Shown: positions 59,732 through 64,000 of the stretch, one piece after another
Layout: every line of letters starts with the position of its first letter
Position numbering within the stretch: position 1 is the first letter of the stretch
Assembly (NCBI GenBank): GCA_040384705.1
Contig: JAZKIU010000001.1
Location: 153,907 to 217,906 of the forward strand
Source of the DNA: Patescibacteria group bacterium
Lineage (GTDB): Bacteria; Patescibacteriota; Minisyncoccia; Phycocordibacterales; Phycocordibacteraceae
Length of the DNA stretch: 64,000 nt
Direction of reading: 5' to 3'
Translations under genes and position numbers: made by a program
The notes under the pieces: model-generated
Told to the model about the DNA's origin: nothing
What the model saw: only the letters and a program-made list of their open reading frames with translations
Database searches by the model: none

Positions 59732-59888
59732 ATTCGTTGACCCATTCCTTCTTGAGCGGCTTATAAACCACATCGAAAAGCCCCAGCAGGGCAACTGCTA
59801 GTTCAAGCGCGAAGTCGTCAGGGAGTTCAATCCCTTCTTCCTCTGCATATATTCTTTTGAATTCCAGTAGGGCTTCTTGGGAGAGCAT
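59724..59888 (-). CDS. Small hypothetical protein (54 aa, MLSQEALLEFKRIYAEEEGIELPDDFALELAVALLGLFDVVYKPLKKEWVNEYE), translationally coupled to the Rep-like gene (TATGAATAG overlap)
   Basis: Found by manual translation (below 60-aa cutoff of ORF track); starts right at the palindromic control region; candidate regulator/RDF. Confidence 0.35.
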   Translation of the reverse strand: MLSQEALLEFKRIYAEEEGIELPDDFALELAVALLGLFDVVYKPLKKEWVNEYE

Positions 59889-59889
59889 G

Positions 59890-59960
59890 TAGACCCGCTC
59901 TCAGCTCTATAGGTACCTTTGCCGGGGACCTACAGAGCCCAAAGCGGGTCTCGGTATGTG
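59890..59960. promoter_or_regulatory. ~70-nt imperfect palindrome (AGACCCGCTCT...CTCTATAGGTACC-TTTGCCGGGG-ACCTACAGAG...AAGCGGGTCT) in the island divergent control region
   Basis: Nested inverted repeats immediately upstream of the minus-strand operon; candidate operator / ori / recombination site. Confidence 0.4.
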
Positions 59961-60334
59961 TGGCAAAGGTTTATCCCATAAGCAAAACCGCAGAAGAAAT
60001 TCTGCGGTTTGAGGCACAGAGCGGCCGCCTCAAAACCACAGCTAAGCTGAAAGATTTGGTGCGGCGGCTGGCGGGTACTCTGAGGGCGCTAATGGCTCCT
60101 GCTATGACTCCTATAGCCTATGCTCTCCGTGCGGGGTCTGCTGAGGACACCCAACGAATTAGATTCATTATAGAACTTCCCATAAGTCATGCAAGCAATC
60201 TGTTGATAAATTCCTCGCGAAGAGAAAGGGATACGCTATTTAGACTAGTCAGATGTATACAGGAGTAGACACTTGTATACTGACGGCTATAAGAAAGCGT
60301 TAGGAAGCCAGTCCGGGACTTAGAGAATAGACGG

Positions 60335-62302
60335 GTGTACAGTCTTTTTATAACCGAACGAATGGCCACATTTCGACACATCGCACCGAATATTGATAGC
60401 AGGACCATCTGCATTGTTGACTACGAAAACAGGGTGTTAGCGGCTGTAGTGTCTTCCTATTTCAATGCGCGAGGAGGATATCTTCCCTTATTTACATTTC
60501 CTAACGTTGCAGTGGGACATGATGAGGATAATGACTTCCAGGAGGACGGTTTCCTTTCGCGAATGGTTGGGGCTGAGTTCTCCGTACTAGTGAATAACGC
60601 ACTGGCACGCACGGGAAGAATCGAGCATGTCGTTTGCGTTGGTTTATCGGTGGAACAGAAAAGTTATCTTAGATTTCCCGCGCGCATACGCATTATTGAT
60701 ATTGATTCAATGGAGGAGGTTGAGAGTAATCTCTCGAAGATATCGCGCGTACCTTCGAAGGAGCTTAGGTGCAAGAGTGCCGACGCACTGTCGGGCTTAT
60801 ACCTTGCAAGAAGGACTGGGTGCAGGTTGGTGATAGACGAGTCAGTAGAGCCCATTGTTCTCCCCGTGGACCCAAATGCAGGGGTCATTGTCGTAGAGAA
60901 CTATGATAAAGCTTCGACCATTGTGGGAGTGAACTATGCTCTCGCGATTGGGGCGGACCTGGTCGTTGTAGACAGTCTGCCCGAGAGCGAGTTTAGGAGA
61001 ATCCCGAGATACTTTCTGAAATGGAAGCAACAGGGAGATGGCGCTAGCGAATCGGATTTGCGAGCGCTGGCAGATGGACGTATTGCCGGTATGCGGTTCA
61101 GTGGTCGTGAATATGCGACCTTCTTTACAGAAGGGTTGCCCTACGGCTATTTCATTGGAAATGAGATACCGTGCAGCCACGTGAGTCTCCGTCTCCGGCC
61201 GGACCTTTTCGTATTCAACGCAATAGTTTTTGAAAAGATGGCCCAGTTCCACTCAGGCGTGGTCTTCTCGCCAAAGTTCTTTCAGAAGGAAGAGACCGAA
61301 GCAATTGAATCGCTCCTCAAGGAGAGTAACTATCTCGTAAAGTCCCTGGTCGGCGAGGAAGCCACCGTCCACAACCTAGACTTCTATGCGCAGCATTATG
61401 CCTACGATATTTTCCATATCTGTACGCACGGCGGAGAGGTGCCGGGCATGAGAACAACTGAGGACTTTACAGACCGAATGGGTGTAAAACATACGGTGGT
61501 CAGCGATGTGGTCGCTGCCTTTGAGATTATTCCCGGCTCAGAGCTAATTGGTGTTCAAGAAAAGACCTTCACCCGTTTCTTTGATGGTATGGAATGGATG
61601 AGTAAGGACATGCAGGGTAAGCGGCTGCCAAGCTACATATTCGAGGACATGCGTAAGGCCTTCCACTACAGAGACGAGCCGAATCCGGAGGCAAAGCATA
61701 CTCCTATTGGCAACGTCGTTGATTCTTGCTGCATTGCGTGCGCGGGAAATCTATTTCATCAAGGCACGTTCAGGATACTTTCTTCCCATAACTCGCCGTA
61801 TATCTTCAATAACAGCTGCTGGTCTGCAGGCGAAGCCTCCCACTTCTTCTTATCCAGTGGTGCGAGGGGATATATTGGAACGCTTTGGGCAATCGGCGTT
61901 GCGGAAGCTGTAGATGGAGCAGAAGCCTTCTACTCAAATATCTTCAAGAAGCCTGTCCTGAACGCATTTGCTGACGCACTACTCGCCATAAGCAATACGT
62001 CAGATGCGAATATTTACATCTTCTGGGGCTTGCATTTCAGTACACTTACGACGGCATCCTCAGTAGCCGACAGCAGACACCGCGTCTTCAGAGAACTCAT
62101 TCGTGGTTACAGGGCTTGGAGCAGGAAGGCCGCGACCAGCCCTAATGCGGAGGTAAAGAAGAACTCTCTCGAAATAGCGAGGCTCATACGCCTACACACC
62201 ACAAAGGACTTCCGTCCCGAAGATGTAAGAAGGCTCACGAAGCCAACAATAAAGGAACAAGTATTAGAGATATTCAGCAAGCGGAGTTCGGAAACCCAGT
62301 AG
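60335..62302 (+). CDS. CHAT (caspase-like) domain protein with ~390-aa N-terminal domain of unknown function (island cargo)
   Basis: C-terminal half matches CHAT signature: YDIFHICTHGGEV (HxxTHG His), IFNNSCWSAGEA (Cys, cf. LVVLSACETG), FFLSSGARGYIGTLWAIGVAEA...AFYSNIF (cf. F..AGA..VVASLW.V.D...FY); GTG start. Confidence 0.55.
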   Translation: MYSLFITERMATFRHIAPNIDSRTICIVDYENRVLAAVVSSYFNARGGYLPLFTFPNVAVGHDEDNDFQEDGFLSRMVGAEFSVLVNNALARTGRIEHVVCVGLSVEQKSYLRFPARIRIIDIDSMEEVESNLSKISRVPSKELRCKSADALSGLYLARRTGCRLVIDESVEPIVLPVDPNAGVIVVENYDKASTIVGVNYALAIGADLVVVDSLPESEFRRIPRYFLKWKQQGDGASESDLRALADGRIAGMRFSGREYATFFTEGLPYGYFIGNEIPCSHVSLRLRPDLFVFNAIVFEKMAQFHSGVVFSPKFFQKEETEAIESLLKESNYLVKSLVGEEATVHNLDFYAQHYAYDIFHICTHGGEVPGMRTTEDFTDRMGVKHTVVSDVVAAFEIIPGSELIGVQEKTFTRFFDGMEWMSKDMQGKRLPSYIFEDMRKAFHYRDEPNPEAKHTPIGNVVDSCCIACAGNLFHQGTFRILSSHNSPYIFNNSCWSAGEASHFFLSSGARGYIGTLWAIGVAEAVDGAEAFYSNIFKKPVLNAFADALLAISNTSDANIYIFWGLHFSTLTTASSVADSRHRVFRELIRGYRAWSRKAATSPNAEVKKNSLEIARLIRLHTTKDFRPEDVRRLTKPTIKEQVLEIFSKRSSETQ

Positions 62303-62408
62303 AAACGCTCTAATAGAGGACATCCTCGAACGTCGTTTATTACTCCCAGTAGTTATACAAGCCCTTAGGTAAAGGCGTTTAGACAGAGGAGTATTAGGAC
62401 GTTAGAAC

Positions 62409-62864
62409 TTATCCGCCGATAGTATCGAGCTTCGTTTCCATCCATTCGATTTCTGCTTGCTGACCTTTCAAGATATTTCCGCAGAGCTCCTTTATCTGAG
62501 TATCTTCTAGATTAGCTTTCTCGCACATAAGAATAGCCCCAGCATGGTGAGGAATCATCGAGCGCAGGAACTGTTCATCGCCTATGGCTACTTGTTCACG
62601 AATAAGAAAGAAGGAGAGCGCAAGTACAAGGACGCCAATTGCGATAATACCGACATTGAACTTTTTGTTGGGATACATTGAGCCCATGATGAGGAGCTCC
62701 AGTACTACCATCGGCGCAGCCATAAGAGCTGCCATGTAGAACTGGTTATGGTTGGGAAGGGCATGCGCAAAGGTGTCCACCATTGCGTACATGAGTACGT
62801 ACATGGCTCCTAAATGCAGGATAAACATGAGCGCTAGTTTCCCGTAGTTTTTAGTGTGGTCCAT
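62409..62864 (-). CDS. DUF305 family protein (metal-homeostasis associated); start set at MDHTK to avoid overlapping the operator
   Basis: Conserved MIPHHAGAILMCE DUF305 motif, N-terminal TM helices; in-frame upstream ATGs at 62942/62909 would overlap the palindrome. Confidence 0.55.
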   Translation of the reverse strand: MDHTKNYGKLALMFILHLGAMYVLMYAMVDTFAHALPNHNQFYMAALMAAPMVVLELLIMGSMYPNKKFNVGIIAIGVLVLALSFFLIREQVAIGDEQFLRSMIPHHAGAILMCEKANLEDTQIKELCGNILKGQQAEIEWMETKLDTIGG

Positions 62865-62898
62865 AGCATTAGAGTAGTCCTTTATTGCCTCGTTGACA

Positions 62899-62919
62899 AT
62901 ATACCCCATGGGGGTATAT
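62899..62919. promoter_or_regulatory. CsoR-type operator candidate ATATACCCC-ATG-GGGGTATAT plus extra GGTATAT half-site
   Basis: GC-core inverted repeat resembling CsoR/RcnR-family operators, in the divergent promoter between DUF305 and csoR-like genes. Confidence 0.55.
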
Positions 62920-62926
62920 TGGGTAT

Positions 62927-63193
62927 ATGAAAGTCGAAACAACCAAACAGGTGCTCAACCGTTTGCGCCGCATTGAAGGTCAGGTGCGCGGGCTTCAAAA
63001 GATGGTCGAAGAAGGAACGTACTGTGTAGATGTCATCACGCAGACTTCCGCAGTGAAGAAGGCCCTTTCAGCCGTGGAAGACCAGCTCATGGAAGGTCAT
63101 CTTGGGTCCTGCGTTATCGGTCAGATGAAAAGGGGTCAACACGATAAAGCAACGAAGGAAATCCTGAAAGTTTATTCACTAAAGCGCACCTAG
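62927..63193 (+). CDS. csoR: CsoR/RcnR/FrmR family metal-sensing transcriptional repressor
   Basis: RLRRIEGQVRGLQKMVEEGTYCVDVITQTSAVKKAL...H..C pattern diagnostic of the CsoR fold. Confidence 0.75.
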   Translation: MKVETTKQVLNRLRRIEGQVRGLQKMVEEGTYCVDVITQTSAVKKALSAVEDQLMEGHLGSCVIGQMKRGQHDKATKEILKVYSLKRT

Positions 63194-63194
63194 T

Positions 63195-63656
63195 ATGAGC
63201 CACGGACACTCTCAAAGTCTCAATAAAGTAGCATTCAGTGCCACGCTCCATTGTCTTACCGGCTGTGCCACCGGTGAGGTGCTTGGCCTCGTTATAGGTA
63301 CAGCTCTCGGTTGGGGAGCAGGACAAACTATCGTGCTTGCGGTGGTACTCGCATTCTTCTTTGGATATCTCTTTACCATGGTCCCCTTGCTGCGTCATGG
63401 CATGACACTCGGCGCTGCCGTGGGTCTTGCATTCGCCTCTGATACCGCTTCAATCGCAATCATGGAAGTCGTAGACAACGCTGTAATGCTTCTTATCCCG
63501 GGGGCCATGACGGCAGGCCTCACTGCCCCCTTATTTTGGGTGAGCATGGTTATCGCTCTTGTAATTGCGGGAGCGTTCGCATTCCCGGTAAATCGCTGGC
63601 TTATTGCCAGAGGAAAGGGGCATGCGGTCGTGCACGCTCATCACGGGCATCATTAG
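63195..63656 (+). CDS. DUF4396-like membrane protein with HCLTGC metal-binding motif and His-rich C-terminus (HAVVHAHHGHH)
   Basis: 4 TM; CxxGC motif; poly-His tail; 2 nt after csoR stop. Confidence 0.55.
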   Translation: MSHGHSQSLNKVAFSATLHCLTGCATGEVLGLVIGTALGWGAGQTIVLAVVLAFFFGYLFTMVPLLRHGMTLGAAVGLAFASDTASIAIMEVVDNAVMLLIPGAMTAGLTAPLFWVSMVIALVIAGAFAFPVNRWLIARGKGHAVVHAHHGHH

Positions 63657-63674
63657 AAATCATATTCATTTACT

Positions 63675-63947
63675 ATGAACACACGTCTCTCACCAACAGC
63701 AACAGGGCTCGCGCTTTCAGGAACGCTAGTAATCGTTTTCGTGCTCTGTGCATTCGTGCAGGCAGTAGCTCCCGGCCTCCAGGCAAGTCACATGTGGGTG
63801 AATCTGTTTACGGCAGCGCCTATCGGCTCTGCTGAAGCTTGGTTCGAAGGGATTCTTTCAAGTCTCGTAGCAGGTTTCATCGCAGGATGGCTCTTCGGTG
63901 CTATTTACAACAAGAAAGCCGCGTGGCTCGAACGTCGCGGTAAGTAA
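63675..63947 (+). CDS. Small membrane protein (90 aa)
   Basis: Two TM helices; downstream of metal cassette. Confidence 0.35.
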   Translation: MNTRLSPTATGLALSGTLVIVFVLCAFVQAVAPGLQASHMWVNLFTAAPIGSAEAWFEGILSSLVAGFIAGWLFGAIYNKKAAWLERRGK

Positions 63948-64000
63948 TATCTCTACCCATGAATACCAATACACTAGTTATCGCACTCATCACCCTCGTC

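Larger units (their letters stand above)
57014..64000. mobile_element. Integrative genomic island / integrated mobile element at tRNA-Gln 3' end (right boundary beyond window)
   Basis: Large serine recombinase gene whose stop codon lies inside the tRNA; abrupt GC drop (~60% to ~45%); Rep-like and cargo genes (CHAT-like protein, CsoR metal cassette). Confidence 0.65.

Noticed and set aside
59960-60268. 102-aa ORF in the island control region
   Set aside because: Starts at GTG with no SD and contains perfect hairpins. Kept only as a possibility in findings, not as a feature.
57026-64000. Searching for attR direct repeat of the tRNA-Gln 3' end inside the window
   Set aside because: No copy of TTCGAGTCCTAGTCCCGCAG or a 12+ nt fragment was seen downstream. 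The element probably continues beyond the window, so the boundary is left open.

Overview
High-GC (~60%) bacterial chromosome segment dominated by small housekeeping operons. By inference it resembles a monoderm, reduced-genome Patescibacteria/CPR-like lineage: type IV pilus machinery without a secretin, a long-insert Ndk, a short RF2 without frameshift, and peptidoglycan-anchored surface proteins. Read from the sequence: (1) tail of the spc operon (secY-gmk-adk-map), ndk, a beta-CASP/MBL RNase preceded by a strongly structured ~170-nt RNA-like leader, infC-rpmI-rplT, and an alkylation-repair pair (AAG-family glycosylase plus Ada-like AraC-MGMT fusion). (2) tmRNA (ssrA) next to smpB, identified by hand: 5' GGGGGTGACCGGCTTTGACGG, G3:U70, T-arm, tag ORF. 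Eight tRNAs are present: Ile-UAU, Ser-GCU, two Met-CAU (one initiator-like), Asp, Thr-GGU, Thr-CGU, Gln-CUG. (3) ftsH, recG, and an amidase_3 cell-wall hydrolase with two PG-binding domains. (4) comF divergent from a complete secretin-less type IV pilus/competence locus: pilM-N-O-(P-like)-pilB-CheY receiver-pilT-pilC-two pilins-pilD-four minor pilins. (5) ligA, gatCA, a hemerythrin, a CaCA antiporter, an HK/OmpR two-component pair, and a 1,011-aa signal-peptide protein with about 12 tandem ~55-aa propeller-like repeats, an Ig/Fn3-like domain and a C-terminal PG-binding domain. (6) prfB-ftsEX-pyrG. (7) At the 3' end of tRNA-Gln, a low-GC (~45%) integrative element: a large serine recombinase whose stop codon lies inside the tRNA, a small ORF translationally coupled to a wHTH/DnaD-like Rep-type protein, a palindromic control region, a 655-aa CHAT(caspase-like)-domain cargo protein, and a CsoR-family metal-sensing cassette (DUF305-CsoR-DUF4396 with HCxxGC and a His-rich tail) with a GC-palindrome operator. 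The element continues past the window end. The island and its CHAT cargo, the structured RNA upstream of the RNase, and the PG-anchored repeat protein are the most interesting candidates. No CRISPR array was found.
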